64,000 nucleotides of DNA from an uncultured delta proteobacterium (lineage in GTDB: Bacteria; Desulfobacterota; Desulfobacteria; Desulfobacterales; SG8-13), in NCBI GenBank assembly GCA_963848135.1, contig CAWKCK010000003.1:186001-250000 (forward strand). The letters run 5' to 3'. Positions 1-10,980 of this stretch are shown here, in pieces. The position numbers and the translations under genes are program-made. Positions within the stretch are counted from its first letter, which is position 1. Each line of letters begins with the position of its first letter. The notes under the pieces were generated by a model, which saw nothing but the letters and a program-made list of their open reading frames with translations, made no database searches and was not told where the DNA came from.

Positions 1-1525
1 AAAAGATGAGGCTGTATCGGAGAATGTATCCGAAAAAGCTTGGCATCGGTGTTCCAGCCTCTTCCGCTATGGACCGCACCATGAAGTTGGGCGCATTTCC
101 GATGTAGCTGCAGGCTCCGAAAAAGACTGCACCGGCAGAAATCGCTTTTAAATACAGCGCTTTCTCAGTCATTAATAGCGGGACCGCATCAGCTTCCGCC
201 ATCCCGGAGAAAAAACTACCGAGGGCCGTGTTAAAAAAAGTAAGATAGGTGGGGGCATTGTCCAGAAAAGCCGACAGGGTGCCGGTCACCCAGAAATAAT
301 GGGCCGGCTGTTTGACGCCGGCGATCAGAACCGCCAGAGCCCCTTGCGAGCCGGCTTTGAGAATGAGCAGGCACGGAATCATCGTGATGAAAATTCCGAT
401 AAAGAGGTAGGCGACCTCGATGATGGGAAACCAGGTAAAATCGTTATCCTCCCGAATCGTTATTGATGTCGTTACCAACGACAGAATTCCCATGCCAATC
501 AACAGCCCATCTCGCACCCAATCCTGAACCGCACGATGAATGCCGAAGGTTGTGACCTCCCCCCAATCCACAATACCGCTCATCAAAACAGATATGACAA
601 CACCTGCAAGAAATATGAAATTATGGATGCCCACCAACTTCAGGGGTTCTTTAACACCGTCGTCGGGAGCCTTGGCTCCCTCCTTACGATAATAATAGGT
701 ATCTAACAGAAAGTAGATCAATAGAAGCAGAATCGATGCCACCAGCATGTGCGGTAGGATGTTGAACGTCCAGAAAAACGAAACGCCATGCAGAAATCCC
801 AGAAAAAGGGGGGGATCTCCAAGTGGCGTCAACGATCCGCCTATATTGGCAACCAGGAAAATGAAGAATACAACCATGAATGTCCGATTTTTACGATGGG
901 AATTGGCTCGCAGAAACGGCCGGATCAATAGCATGGCCGCCCCAGTGGTGCCCATCCAGGACGCCAACAGGGTACCGATTAACAAAATGGCCGTATTGAG
1001 AACCGGTGTGCCGCGCAATGTACCGCGCAGGAGAATGCCACCCGATACGGTATAGAGCGACCACAGCAGTATGATGAAAGGCACGTAATCAGCCAGAATG
1101 ATATGCAGGATTTCATATACGGCAAGTCCTCGAAAGGCCACAAGAAAGGGAATGCCGAGGGTGGCCGCCCAAAATGCGGAGACCTTGCCGAAGTGGTGGT
1201 GCCAGAAATCAGGGGCCAGCAGGGGAAATAAGGCGATCGACAGCAGCATGCCAGCAAAGGGAATACAGCTCCAGAGGGGCAAGACTTCGCCCAGGTTGTC
1301 ATGACCATGGCCACCGTCATTCACGGAGGAGCCGGTCGCGGTCTCTTCTGTGTGGCCGGAGCCAGAATTGGTGGCCGCATGAGCGGTCGCCGACAGCCAG
1401 CCTCCTTCATCTGTCGTACGGGCAACGGCTACAGCTTCAGCTTCATGCCCGTCAGTACCCGCTGTTGCTAAAGATACCGAGAGGATCATGATGAAAACGG
1501 CCATCACCTGTATCACCAATTTCAT
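1..1525 (-). CDS. Putative Na+/H+ antiporter (IT superfamily, CitMHS_2-like); 3' end runs off the window
   Basis: Not in the ORF track; translated by hand from ATG at 1525 with RBS GGAAGGGAG: MKLVIQVMAVFIMILSVSLATA...LLSIALFPLLAPDFWHHHFGKVSAFWA...GTTGAAMLLIRPFLRAN...VANIGGSLTPLGDPPLFLGFL...FLDNAPTYLTF...YIGNAPNFMVRSIAE. These motifs are typical of this membrane family. Confidence 0.85.
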   Translation of the reverse strand, partial: MKLVIQVMAVFIMILSVSLATAGTDGHEAEAVAVARTTDEGGWLSATAHAATNSGSGHTEETATGSSVNDGGHGHDNLGEVLPLWSCIPFAGMLLSIALFPLLAPDFWHHHFGKVSAFWAATLGIPFLVAFRGLAVYEILHIILADYVPFIILLWSLYTVSGGILLRGTLRGTPVLNTAILLIGTLLASWMGTTGAAMLLIRPFLRANSHRKNRTFMVVFFIFLVANIGGSLTPLGDPPLFLGFLHGVSFFWTFNILPHMLVASILLLLIYFLLDTYYYRKEGAKAPDDGVKEPLKLVGIHNFIFLAGVVISVLMSGIVDWGEVTTFGIHRAVQDWVRDGLLIGMGILSLVTTSITIREDNDFTWFPIIEVAYLFIGIFITMIPCLLILKAGSQGALAVLIAGVKQPAHYFWVTGTLSAFLDNAPTYLTFFNTALGSFFSGMAEADAVPLLMTEKALYLKAISAGAVFFGACSYIGNAPNFMVRSIAEEAGTPMPSFFGYILRYSLIF

Positions 1526-2025
1526 CGCCTGCTCCCTTCCAGCAGTTGGATTCGTGTATTTTTTTGTCAAGTTTATGACCCTGAGGGAAGTGACTCTTTG
1601 CCAATGCCGTTTTGGGTAATATTAATTCGCGACCCGTCAGTCCCCATTGTTTGGAAACGAATGAAATTATCGTATTCGCGCAGTTACCCTGAAACTATAG
1701 ATAGAACACCCCCATGCGTGACCCGCCTGACAGACACAATCGAATGGTGTCAGAAAAGACAAGCCGAACATGCAATTTACCGTGCAGGTCCAAAACGGCC
1801 GGAGTCGAATCTCCTCCTTCTTTTGTAAGTGCCTCCTGTATGCTGTTCAAGAATGGCACCGTTCTCTTCAACGGAATCGGCGCGGCCGATTCCGGCCCCC
1901 AGATTCACCAGATAAACAAAGACATGTCAAGTAAATAAAGATGGTTGCCGCATAAACCATTGCTCGGGTATATATGGGGCAGGGGGCCAACTCGTCGGGC
2001 GTTACTCAAAAAAAGATTCTCTTTA

Positions 2026-2054
2026 TTGACAAACTTAAACTTGTAAATTAGTGT
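2026..2054 (+). promoter_or_regulatory. Putative sigma70 promoter of panC-metK-ahcY
   Basis: TTGACA (2026-2031), 17 bp spacer, TAGTGT (2049-2054), 27 bp upstream of the panC ATG. Confidence 0.5.
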
Positions 2055-2081
2055 AGTTCGTTTAAATTTCGACGGGGTAAC

Positions 2082-2954
2082 ATGGTCAAGATTATTTCAA
2101 CGATTGAAGAAATGCGAAATGCCGCCGACAGTTGGCGGCGGGGAGGCCGCCGGATCGCTTTTGTTCCGACCATGGGTTTTCTGCATGACGGCCACCTGTC
2201 ACTCATGCGAATCGCCCGCAAAGCCGCTGATATTCTGGTAGCCAGCATTTTCGTCAACCCCTCCCAGTTTGGGCCTGGCGAGGATTTTGAGACTTATCCC
2301 AGAAATCTGCAGCGTGACCTCGATCTTTGCGGCAAAGAAAATGTAGATCTGGTCTTTACACCGACAGCTGACGATCTCTATCCGGAAGGATACGAAACCT
2401 ATATAAGACTGGAACGACTTTCAAACCACCTCTGCGGATTGTCCCGACCGGTTTTTTTTACGGGCGTCGCCACTGTGGTTATAAAACTATTCAATATCAT
2501 CCGGCCCCATGTCGCCGTGTTCGGTGAAAAGGACTACCAGCAGTTACTGATCATTAAAAGAATGGCTTTGGATCTGAATACCGGTATCGACATTCTCGGC
2601 GCACCGATTGTCCGGGAGCACGACGGCTTAGCGATGAGTTCGCGCAATGCCTACCTGACCTCCGCCCAGCGTCCGGCCGCGCTGACCTTATTCAGATCTC
2701 TATTGCTGGCCAAAAAGATGGTTGCACAGGGCAAACGGGAAGTCGTTCAAATCCTGGGCGAAGCCAGAAGGCTCATTGATATCCAACCCGAGACCAACAT
2801 CGACTATTTGACAATCTGCGATCCGCTAACACTTGCAGATTTGGAGCGTGTTGACCAACCGGCGCTAATGGCCCTGGCCGTCAGGGTTGGCAAAACCCGC
2901 TTGATCGATAACATGATGCTCACAGCGTCTACCGAGGCCGCCGGCTCCGTATAA
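2082..2954 (+). CDS. panC: Pantoate--beta-alanine ligase
   Basis: FVPTMGFLHDGH, SIFVNPSQF, FGEKDYQQL, DGLAMSSRN and RLIDN motifs. Confidence 0.98.
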   Translation: MVKIISTIEEMRNAADSWRRGGRRIAFVPTMGFLHDGHLSLMRIARKAADILVASIFVNPSQFGPGEDFETYPRNLQRDLDLCGKENVDLVFTPTADDLYPEGYETYIRLERLSNHLCGLSRPVFFTGVATVVIKLFNIIRPHVAVFGEKDYQQLLIIKRMALDLNTGIDILGAPIVREHDGLAMSSRNAYLTSAQRPAALTLFRSLLLAKKMVAQGKREVVQILGEARRLIDIQPETNIDYLTICDPLTLADLERVDQPALMALAVRVGKTRLIDNMMLTASTEAAGSV

Positions 2955-3074
2955 CGCTAAATCCCGGCACAACAGTGCAAACGGCGTTTCGAAAAAATAC
3001 CTGACTGTGTCGGTAATATTTTCAACGTAACAAGTGAAAAGCGACTTGAATTTAGAGACTCGAAAGGACCACGC

Positions 3075-4244
3075 ATGGAAAAAGAACAATTTTTTTTCAC
3101 TTCCGAATCGGTAACCGAAGGGCACCCGGACAAGGTCGCCGACCAGATATCGGACGCCATCCTGGATGCTATCATTGCTAACGATAAAAACTGTCGCGTC
3201 GCATGCGAAACATTGGTGACTACCGGTCTGGCGTTTATCGCCGGTGAAATTACCACCAACACTTACGTGGAGATGCCCCAGATTGTTCGCGATACCATAA
3301 AGGACATCGGTTACCATTCATCTTTGATGGGATTCGACTGGCAGACATGTAGTGTTATCACCAGCATCGATCATCAATCCCTCGATATTGCCCAGGGTGT
3401 CGATGAGGGCAACGGGCTTTATAAAGAACAGGGCGCCGGCGATCAGGGGCTCATGTTTGGATACGCCTGCAACGAAACCCCCGAACTGATGCCCCTGCCG
3501 ATTATGCTGGCCCACCAGATTTGTCACCGACTGGCCGAGGTCAGAAAGAACGGATCGCTTGATTTTCTGAGGCCGGATGGCAAGTCACAGGTAACGGTGG
3601 AATACGAAAACGGTATTCCGAAACGAATTGATGCCGTTGTCCTTGCCGCCCAACACAAACCCGACGTCGAATACGAATATTTACGGGATGCAATTATCAA
3701 AAGCGTCATCAACAAAGTCCTACCACAGGATATGGTCGATGTGGAAACGCGTTATTATATCAACGCCACCGGCCGTTTTGTCGTCGGCGGCCCCATGGGA
3801 GACTGTGGTTTGACCGGCCGTAAAATCATCGTCGACACCTATGGCGGGCAAGGCAGTCACGGCGGCGGCTGTTTTTCCGGCAAGGATCCCTCGAAGGTCG
3901 ACCGCAGCGGATCCTATATGGCCAGACACATCGCGAAAAATATCGTTGCTGCCGGCATGGCCGACAAATGCGAGATTCAAATCGCCTATGCCATCGGTGT
4001 GGCCGAGCCGGTATCCTTGATGGTAGATACCATGGGGACAGGCAAAGTACCCAAAAACCGGATTAAAGAAATCATCGGGAAGTGTTTCGACCTGCGACCG
4101 GCCGCAATCATCGAATATCTCGATCTGCGGCGACCCATATACCGAAAAACGTCCGCATACGGCCACTTCGGCCGCACCGACCCCGAGTTCAATTGGGAGC
4201 ATACCAATATGGCGGATAAAATGCGGGAAATGGCAGATTTATAA
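3075..4244 (+). CDS. metK: S-adenosylmethionine synthetase
   Basis: [43 protein letters not shown]. Confidence 0.99.
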   Translation: MEKEQFFFTSESVTEGHPDKVADQISDAILDAIIANDKNCRVACETLVTTGLAFIAGEITTNTYVEMPQIVRDTIKDIGYHSSLMGFDWQTCSVITSIDHQSLDIAQGVDEGNGLYKEQGAGDQGLMFGYACNETPELMPLPIMLAHQICHRLAEVRKNGSLDFLRPDGKSQVTVEYENGIPKRIDAVVLAAQHKPDVEYEYLRDAIIKSVINKVLPQDMVDVETRYYINATGRFVVGGPMGDCGLTGRKIIVDTYGGQGSHGGGCFSGKDPSKVDRSGSYMARHIAKNIVAAGMADKCEIQIAYAIGVAEPVSLMVDTMGTGKVPKNRIKEIIGKCFDLRPAAIIEYLDLRRPIYRKTSAYGHFGRTDPEFNWEHTNMADKMREMADL

Positions 4245-4269
4245 CCCCTGTAAGGAGACTTAAACTATA

Positions 4270-5526
4270 ATGGATTACGATGTAAAAGATCTCAAGTTGG
4301 CAAAAGAGGGCGCGCTTCGCATCGAATGGGCCGATCAGAACATGGTGGTACTGGACCGGATTCGGAGACGATTTGAAAAGGATAAACCGTTGAAGGGTGT
4401 GCGCATCGCCGCCTGCCTTCATGTAACCACGGAAACGGCATCGCTGATGCAGACATTGAAAGCCGGTGGTGCCCAGGTGATTTTGTGCGCCTCAAATCCC
4501 TTGAGCACTCAAGATGATACGGCCGCTTCCCTGGTAAAAAATGACCGAATTCCCGTTTTTGCCATTAAGGGCGAGGACAACAAAACGTACTATTCCCATA
4601 TCAATGCCGCTCTGGATTTCAAACCCCATTATACGATGGACGACGGCGCGGACCTGGTTTCCACGCTGCATACCGATCGTTCGGAACTTCTTCCCGCAGT
4701 AAAGGGCGGTACCGAGGAGACCACTACCGGCGTCATTCGACTGCGGAGTATGGCCGCCGAAGGCGTATTGCAGTATCCGATTATTGCCGTCAACGACGCC
4801 CAAACCAAACACCTCTTTGACAATCGGTACGGAACCGGACAAAGCACGATCGATGGAATCATTCGGGCCACCAACCGCCTGCTCGCCGGTTCCAACTTCG
4901 TCGTCTGCGGCTATGGTTGGTGCGGCAGAGGCGTGGCCATGCGCGCCCGCGGCCTGGGCGCCAACGTGATTGTCACCGAGATCAACCCCCTGCGCGCCAT
5001 CGAGGCGGTTATGGACGGTTTCCTGGTCATGCCTATTCGCAAAGCGGCCGCGGTCGGAGATTTTTTCTGCACCCTGACGGGCAACATTGCCGTCATCCGC
5101 AAGGAGCACTTTCAGCTCATGAAAGACGGCGCCATCGTTTCAAACTCGGGACACTTCAACGTTGAGCTTGACCTGGAGGGTCTTCAGTCCATCTCGGAAT
5201 CACAGCGCAGCATCCGCCCCTTCGTGAGAGAATATGTACTTAAAAACGGTCGCCGCATTAATGTGTTGGGCGATGGCCGCTTAATTAACCTTGCTGCGGC
5301 CGAAGGGCATCCCTCGAGTGTCATGGACATGAGTTTCGCCAACCAAGCACTCAGCATCGAATACATGGTCAAAAACAATAGCCGTCTTTCTAAAAATGTT
5401 CATCCGGTGCCGGAAAAAATCGACCAGCAGATAGCGAAGGAAAAGTTGGCCGCGATGGGGGCGAAAATAGATACCCTGACAGCACAGCAGAAAAAATACC
5501 TGTCATCCTGGGAGACGGGGACATAA
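4270..5526 (+). CDS. ahcY: Adenosylhomocysteinase
   Basis: [60 protein letters not shown]. Confidence 0.98.
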   Translation: MDYDVKDLKLAKEGALRIEWADQNMVVLDRIRRRFEKDKPLKGVRIAACLHVTTETASLMQTLKAGGAQVILCASNPLSTQDDTAASLVKNDRIPVFAIKGEDNKTYYSHINAALDFKPHYTMDDGADLVSTLHTDRSELLPAVKGGTEETTTGVIRLRSMAAEGVLQYPIIAVNDAQTKHLFDNRYGTGQSTIDGIIRATNRLLAGSNFVVCGYGWCGRGVAMRARGLGANVIVTEINPLRAIEAVMDGFLVMPIRKAAAVGDFFCTLTGNIAVIRKEHFQLMKDGAIVSNSGHFNVELDLEGLQSISESQRSIRPFVREYVLKNGRRINVLGDGRLINLAAAEGHPSSVMDMSFANQALSIEYMVKNNSRLSKNVHPVPEKIDQQIAKEKLAAMGAKIDTLTAQQKKYLSSWETGT

Positions 5527-5579
5527 CAAGCGGAGGAGTTGAACCCATTTCAGGCAGGACGTCCGGCGAGGGAGATCTG

Positions 5580-6434
5580 TTAGGTTCGACCACCGCTCCA
5601 CCTCAGTTTGGCCTTGAGAACATCATAATAATTCTGGTTCGGCTCTGATATCAGGTAGATCGGATAAGGCGATTTGCTGATCACAATCGTGTCCCGGTCA
5701 TCAATGGGGAGGCCCTGCTGACCGTCAAAGGTGAGCATGATGTCTGACGATCTTTCAGCGAGATTGATCGTCACGGTGGCTGTATCTGGGATTATTAACG
5801 GACGGTTTGTCAGGGTAAACGGGCAGATAGGGGTCATAACCACAGCCGGCACCGTGGGATGGATCACCGGTCCGCCGGCGGCCAGTGAGTAGGCGGTTGA
5901 TCCGGTTGGCGTTGCGATGATGAGACCATCAGCCCGGTAAGTTGTCAGGTATCGATCATTTATGCGGGTTTCAATGTGGGCCAGCCGGGCCAGGGCCCCC
6001 TTGTTGATTACGACGTCGTTGAGCACCGTCTCGACCGCGCGTTCCTTCTTTTGGCGGATCACTTTGACGAGCAGCCGCATGCGGGGCTGAGTCGAAATTG
6101 TGTCGTTCAGTATGGTCTCTGCGACTGCATGGAGGCGATCTTCGGCAATCTCTGCCAGGAAACCGACCTCACCGAACTTGACCCCGAGTATCGGTATGTT
6201 CTGATCGCCGATCCAACGCACGGCGCTCAGAAAGGTACCATCCCCGCCAAGCACCAGAATGCAATCCAAATCAGCGGGCGCCCTTTCAGTGTTCTCGCCC
6301 AGCTGGCCAGTATGGGGCGGACGGCTTTCCCTCCGAAGGGTTTCCACCCCTTTGCCGACCAGCCAATGTTCCAGCGCATCCGCTTTCCGGCTGACAGCCG
6401 GATCCGCTTTAACGATGATACCGATCTTTTTCAC
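5580..6434 (-). CDS. nadK: NAD kinase
   Basis: LGGDGTFL, LNDVV, ADGLIIATPTGSTAYSLAAGGP; GTG start. Confidence 0.97.
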   Translation of the reverse strand: MKKIGIIVKADPAVSRKADALEHWLVGKGVETLRRESRPPHTGQLGENTERAPADLDCILVLGGDGTFLSAVRWIGDQNIPILGVKFGEVGFLAEIAEDRLHAVAETILNDTISTQPRMRLLVKVIRQKKERAVETVLNDVVINKGALARLAHIETRINDRYLTTYRADGLIIATPTGSTAYSLAAGGPVIHPTVPAVVMTPICPFTLTNRPLIIPDTATVTINLAERSSDIMLTFDGQQGLPIDDRDTIVISKSPYPIYLISEPNQNYYDVLKAKLRWSGGRT

Positions 6435-6644
6435 ACTGTACGCCTCTCCCTCGGATTTGACGACTCACCAATTAGGCAACTCCAGCACTCATACAGGCAA
6501 GCTCCTAAAACGGCAATATTTTTTTGCCCCAGAAAAAACAAATTCGCGCTTGACTAGATCTGGACATCCGCTCTATAAACACATAATCTCAAGCGGGAGG
6601 GATTGGTTTTTATCGTTATTACACACCAAGAGGAGGAAAGTAAG

Positions 6645-7766
6645 ATGTTTATGAAAAAGACGTTTGCAAAGGCTATCTTGGGCGTATTTCTGGTTTTCAT
6701 ATTGTCAGGAAGCGGCATAGCGGCCGACACCATCAAACTCGGTGTCGCCGGCCCCCACAGCGGTGATCTGGCCTCATACGGTATTCCCACCGTCAGAGCC
6801 GCGGAGCTTGTCGTGAAGAAGATCAACGCCAAAGGCGGCGTCATGGGCAAACAGGTCGAACTGCTTGTCGAAGACGATGTCTGCAAACCCGAAATCGCCA
6901 CCAATACGGCCACCAAGCTGATCTCAGAGAATGCCGATGTGGTTCTGGGGCATATCTGCAGTGGTGCCACCAAGGCAGCCCTTGGAATCTACAAGGATGC
7001 CAAAAAACTCGCCATGTCACCATCGGCCACTAATCCGGGGCTGACCCAGAGCGGAGATTATCCCAATTTCTATCGTACAATTGCCTCTGACGACGCCCAG
7101 GCCCAACTGGAAGTCGACTTTGCACTCGATGTCCTGAAGGTTAAGAATATCGCCGTGCTGCACGACAAAGGAGACTACGGCAAGGGTTTGGCAGAATTCG
7201 CCAAGTTATACCTGGAGAAGGATCCGCGGGCCAAGGTTGTCCTCTATGAGGGAATCACCCCGGGTGCGGTTGACTACTCTGCCGTGGTTCAAAAAATCAA
7301 ACAATCGGGTGCAGAAGCGGTGATTTTCGGCGGCTACCACCCTGAGGCCTCGAAAATTGTCACCCAAATGCGCAAGAAAAAAATGAAAACCCTCTTTATC
7401 TCAGATGACGGCGTCAAAGACGATACCTTCATTAAAGTAGCGGGTAAATATGCCGAAGGCGTTTACGCCACCGGTCCCAAAGACCTGTCCAGCAATGCCA
7501 TGTATCAGGAAGCGATCGAAGAGCACCGCAAAGCCTATGGGGAAGACCCTGGAGCCTTCTTTCCGCAGGCGTATGCGGCCACCCTGGCACTGCTCAATGC
7601 CGTCGATAAAGCCGGCTCAACCGATTACGACGCGCTGCGAAAAGCCCTTCAGACCAATGACGTCGAAACCCCGGTCGGCAAGATCCGTTTTGACGATAAA
7701 GGCGATGCCATCGGTGTCGGCTTTTCCATGTATCAGGTCGAAAACGGCAAATATGTAGAGAAGTAA
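6645..7766 (+). CDS. livK: LIV-type (branched-chain amino acid family) ABC transporter substrate-binding protein
   Basis: Signal peptide, IKLGVAGPHSG, DDVCKP, GHICSG, HDKGDYGKGLA; start after RBS GAGGAGG. Confidence 0.92.
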   Translation: MFMKKTFAKAILGVFLVFILSGSGIAADTIKLGVAGPHSGDLASYGIPTVRAAELVVKKINAKGGVMGKQVELLVEDDVCKPEIATNTATKLISENADVVLGHICSGATKAALGIYKDAKKLAMSPSATNPGLTQSGDYPNFYRTIASDDAQAQLEVDFALDVLKVKNIAVLHDKGDYGKGLAEFAKLYLEKDPRAKVVLYEGITPGAVDYSAVVQKIKQSGAEAVIFGGYHPEASKIVTQMRKKKMKTLFISDDGVKDDTFIKVAGKYAEGVYATGPKDLSSNAMYQEAIEEHRKAYGEDPGAFFPQAYAATLALLNAVDKAGSTDYDALRKALQTNDVETPVGKIRFDDKGDAIGVGFSMYQVENGKYVEK

Positions 7767-7780
7767 ACCGTGATGCAACA

Positions 7781-7822
7781 AAATTGGGGGGACAGGCACA
7801 ACGCCTTCCCCCTGAATTTTTT
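7781..7822 (+). terminator. Intercistronic stem-loop or terminator after livK
   Basis: GGGGGGACAGGC-acaac-GCCTTCCCCC followed by a T-run. Confidence 0.6.
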
Positions 7823-7972
7823 ATCGCGCCAACCATCCGGCACTGCCCGGTTTCAAGTTGAGATTCCACAGAATTATCCCTGGATACCTTCCGCGACCGG
7901 CGGCAGGGACACGAACCCAAGCTGCACAAGGCGCCATGGAAATTTAATAGAACCATCTGAACGAGGAATCAT

Positions 7973-8887
7973 ATGTTCTGGGATTTCGACTACTTCGTGG
8001 AGTTGTTTCTGGCGGGTCTCACGCGTGGAAGCATTTACGCCCTGATAGCACTGGGCTACACCATGGTCTACGGGATCATCCAGTTGATCAATTTCGCCCA
8101 CGGCGAGATATATATGATCGGTGCCTTTACAGCCCTCATCGTCACCGGCGTATTGACACTCATGGGCTGGAATTCAGTGGCCATCTTATTCATTGCCGCA
8201 GCCGTGGCGCTGATCTATTCGGCAGCATACGGATACACGCTCGAAAAAATCGCTTATAAACCCCTGCGGAATGCCCCGCGCCTCTCAGCTCTGATCAGCG
8301 CGATCGGAATGTCGCTTTTCCTGCAAAACTATGTGCTTCTGGCCCAGACATCGGACTTTTTGCCATTTCCGGCGTTGATTCCCGATTTTGAGTGGCTCGA
8401 GCCCTGGGAGCATATTGTTCGATCCTCCCAAGTCGTTATCTATTCAACAACCGCAATCGTCATGGTTCTGCTGACATTTTTGATCAAATTCACCCGCACC
8501 GGAAAAGCCATGCGCGCCGTTTCCCAAGACAAGGAAATGGCCATGCTGGTGGGCATAGACGTCAACCGCGTCATATCGATCACCTTTATCGTCGGATCGA
8601 CCACGGCCGCCATCGGTGGCGTTCTGATTGCCTCCCATATCGGCCAGATCAACTTCTACATCGGCTTCATAGCGGGCATCAAAGCGTTTGTGGCTGCTGT
8701 TCTAGGCGGTATCGGCAGTATCCCGGGAGCGGTTCTCGGCAGTCTGGTTCTGGGGTGGACCGAGAGTTTTTTTACGGGCTACATTTCCAGTGATTACGAG
8801 GATGTCTTCGCCTTTCTGTTCCTGGTATTCATTCTAATTTTTAGGCCCTCGGGCATCCTGGGGCGCTCGGAATCGGAAAAAGTATGA
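7973..8887 (+). CDS. livH: LIV ABC transporter permease
   Basis: YALIALGYTMVYGIIQLINFAHGE, GKAMRA, KAFVAAVLGGIGS. Confidence 0.95.
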   Translation: MFWDFDYFVELFLAGLTRGSIYALIALGYTMVYGIIQLINFAHGEIYMIGAFTALIVTGVLTLMGWNSVAILFIAAAVALIYSAAYGYTLEKIAYKPLRNAPRLSALISAIGMSLFLQNYVLLAQTSDFLPFPALIPDFEWLEPWEHIVRSSQVVIYSTTAIVMVLLTFLIKFTRTGKAMRAVSQDKEMAMLVGIDVNRVISITFIVGSTTAAIGGVLIASHIGQINFYIGFIAGIKAFVAAVLGGIGSIPGAVLGSLVLGWTESFFTGYISSDYEDVFAFLFLVFILIFRPSGILGRSESEKV

Positions 8888-8946
8888 CCGGTATCCGGAC
8901 GAACAGGCTCAAGTGAATACACATCCATGGTGATAGGACGATTAAA

Positions 8947-10161
8947 TTGATTAACTTTGAAGAAATTAAAAAATCGTTTCTGATCTCGCTCTGGTTTGTC
9001 TTTTTGACCTTCCCGATCATGGTCATCCGTGTCAACACCATCTACAACCGGGTGGAATGGCGTTGGGAAAACATGCTGTTTGTCGGCGTCGGCAGCTTCT
9101 TTTTATCCTTTCTCTGGCGTTACTTATTACGGCGCAAAGAGTTGGGGAGCAAAACCAGTCAGGCCGAGGAAACACAAGACCGGATGACTATCAATCAGCG
9201 GATCATGGGCGACCGCAGGGTCTACCTGCCGCTGCTTTTTGCAATCTTTGTTTTCGCTGCTGCCTACCCCTTTGTCTTCAGCATGTATCAGACCAACATT
9301 ATGATCAATGCCCTTATTTACATCATCCTCGGCTTAGGTATCAACATCGTGGTCGGGCTGGCCGGGCTGCTCGACCTGGGGTATGTGGCGTTCTACGCCG
9401 TTGGTGCCTATACCTACGCCCTGCTCAACTACCACTTCGGGCTCGGTTTCTGGTTGGCCCTGCCTATCGGGGCAGCAATGGGTGCCCTTTTCGGGATCCT
9501 TCTCGGCTATCCGGTCCTGCGGCTCAGGGGGGATTATCTAGCCATTGTCACTTTGGGATTCGGGGAAATTATCCGCCTGGTCCTTGAAAACTGGAACGCG
9601 TTTTCTTTCGGTCCCAGCGGCATCGCCAATATTCCACGCCCCAGTTTGCCCGGAATCCAGATGAATTTGGAGCAATCCACTATTTTTATCTATTTTTTGT
9701 TGATTGCCCTCGTGATCTTCACGATTTTTGTCGTCAATCGACTCAAAGACTCGCGAATCGGAAGAGCCTGGATTGCTTTGCGGGAAGACGAAGTCGCCTG
9801 CCAGGCCATGGGGATAGACCGCACCAAAACCAAACTGACCGCTTTCGCTCTGGGTGCGACCTGGGCCGGCATGGCCGGTGTCCTTTTTGCCGCCAAAACC
9901 ACTTTTATCAATCCGGCCAGTTTCACCATCTGGGAGTCGATCAACATTCTGTGCATCGTGGTGCTCGGTGGAATGGGATCGATTGTGGGCGTCATTTTCG
10001 GTGCCTTAGTCCTCATTCTTCTTCCCGAATATCTGAGGGCCTTTTCGGAATACCGGATGCTCCTGTTCGGCTTTATCCTCGTGACCATGATGGTTTTCCG
10101 ACCCGGCGGCATCATCAGTGAAGTACGGCGAACCTACAAATTTAAGGGCCTTAACGAATAG
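8947..10161 (+). CDS. livM: LIV ABC transporter permease
   Basis: GLAGLLDLGYVAFYAVGAY, LRLRGDYLAIVTLGFGEI, GRAWIALREDE; TTG start. Confidence 0.95.
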   Translation: MINFEEIKKSFLISLWFVFLTFPIMVIRVNTIYNRVEWRWENMLFVGVGSFFLSFLWRYLLRRKELGSKTSQAEETQDRMTINQRIMGDRRVYLPLLFAIFVFAAAYPFVFSMYQTNIMINALIYIILGLGINIVVGLAGLLDLGYVAFYAVGAYTYALLNYHFGLGFWLALPIGAAMGALFGILLGYPVLRLRGDYLAIVTLGFGEIIRLVLENWNAFSFGPSGIANIPRPSLPGIQMNLEQSTIFIYFLLIALVIFTIFVVNRLKDSRIGRAWIALREDEVACQAMGIDRTKTKLTAFALGATWAGMAGVLFAAKTTFINPASFTIWESINILCIVVLGGMGSIVGVIFGALVLILLPEYLRAFSEYRMLLFGFILVTMMVFRPGGIISEVRRTYKFKGLNE

Positions 10162-10191
10162 CAACCTTATCTCTCGCAGCGGTATAGATTT

Positions 10192-10980
10192 ATGGACCCA
10201 ATACTGAACGTGAATAACCTGACCATGGACTTCGGCGGACTGCGCGCCCTGGACAACGTGGATCTGGATATACTGGAAGGGGAAATCGTTGCGCTGATTG
10301 GTCCCAATGGCGCCGGTAAAACAACTTTCTTCAACTGCATTACGGGCATCTACCCGCCCACCGATGGCGAGATGACCATTCAACCGTCGGGAAAGACGAA
10401 ATTCCGCCTAAACGGGCTTAAACCCAACAAGGTGACCGAAGCCGGCATGGCCCGAACCTTTCAAAACATCCGGCTGTTTCCGACAATGACGGTCCTTGAA
10501 AACGTAATGGTCGGCCGGCACTGCCGCCTGAAATCGGGTATCGCCGGGGCCGTCTTTCGACCGCCGTCCACCATGCGAGAAGAAAAAAAGGTGGTGGAAG
10601 ACAGTTACCACATTCTGGAGAAAATCGGACTGGAACAGTTTGTCAATGAATACGCCATGAACCTTCCATACGGCGCCCAGCGTCGCCTGGAAATCGCACG
10701 CGCCATGGCGACTGAGCCTTTCATATTGCTGCTTGATGAACCCGCAGCCGGCATGAACCCAAAAGAAACGGAAGCCCTGGACGAACTGATTATAAAAATT
10801 CGTCGCGAGGAAGGAATATCCATCCTGCTGATCGAACACGACATGAAACTGGTGATGAGCCTTTCAGACCGGATATTTGTAGTGGATTACGGCAAGAGGA
10901 TCGCCCATGGAACACCGGAGGAAATCAAGAACAATCCTGCAGTGATCAAGGCCTACCTTGGAGAAGAGATCGATGCTTGA
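10192..10980 (+). CDS. livG: LIV ABC transporter ATP-binding protein
   Basis: GPNGAGKTT, ARTFQNIRLF, LPYGAQRRLEIARA, LLDEPAAG. Confidence 0.95.
   Translation: MDPILNVNNLTMDFGGLRALDNVDLDILEGEIVALIGPNGAGKTTFFNCITGIYPPTDGEMTIQPSGKTKFRLNGLKPNKVTEAGMARTFQNIRLFPTMTVLENVMVGRHCRLKSGIAGAVFRPPSTMREEKKVVEDSYHILEKIGLEQFVNEYAMNLPYGAQRRLEIARAMATEPFILLLDEPAAGMNPKETEALDELIIKIRREEGISILLIEHDMKLVMSLSDRIFVVDYGKRIAHGTPEEIKNNPAVIKAYLGEEIDA

Noticed and set aside
2955..3074. SAM or SAH riboswitch upstream of metK-ahcY
   Set aside because: No SAM-I core (ATC.AGAG...GGC..AGGGA) or other recognisable aptamer was seen.
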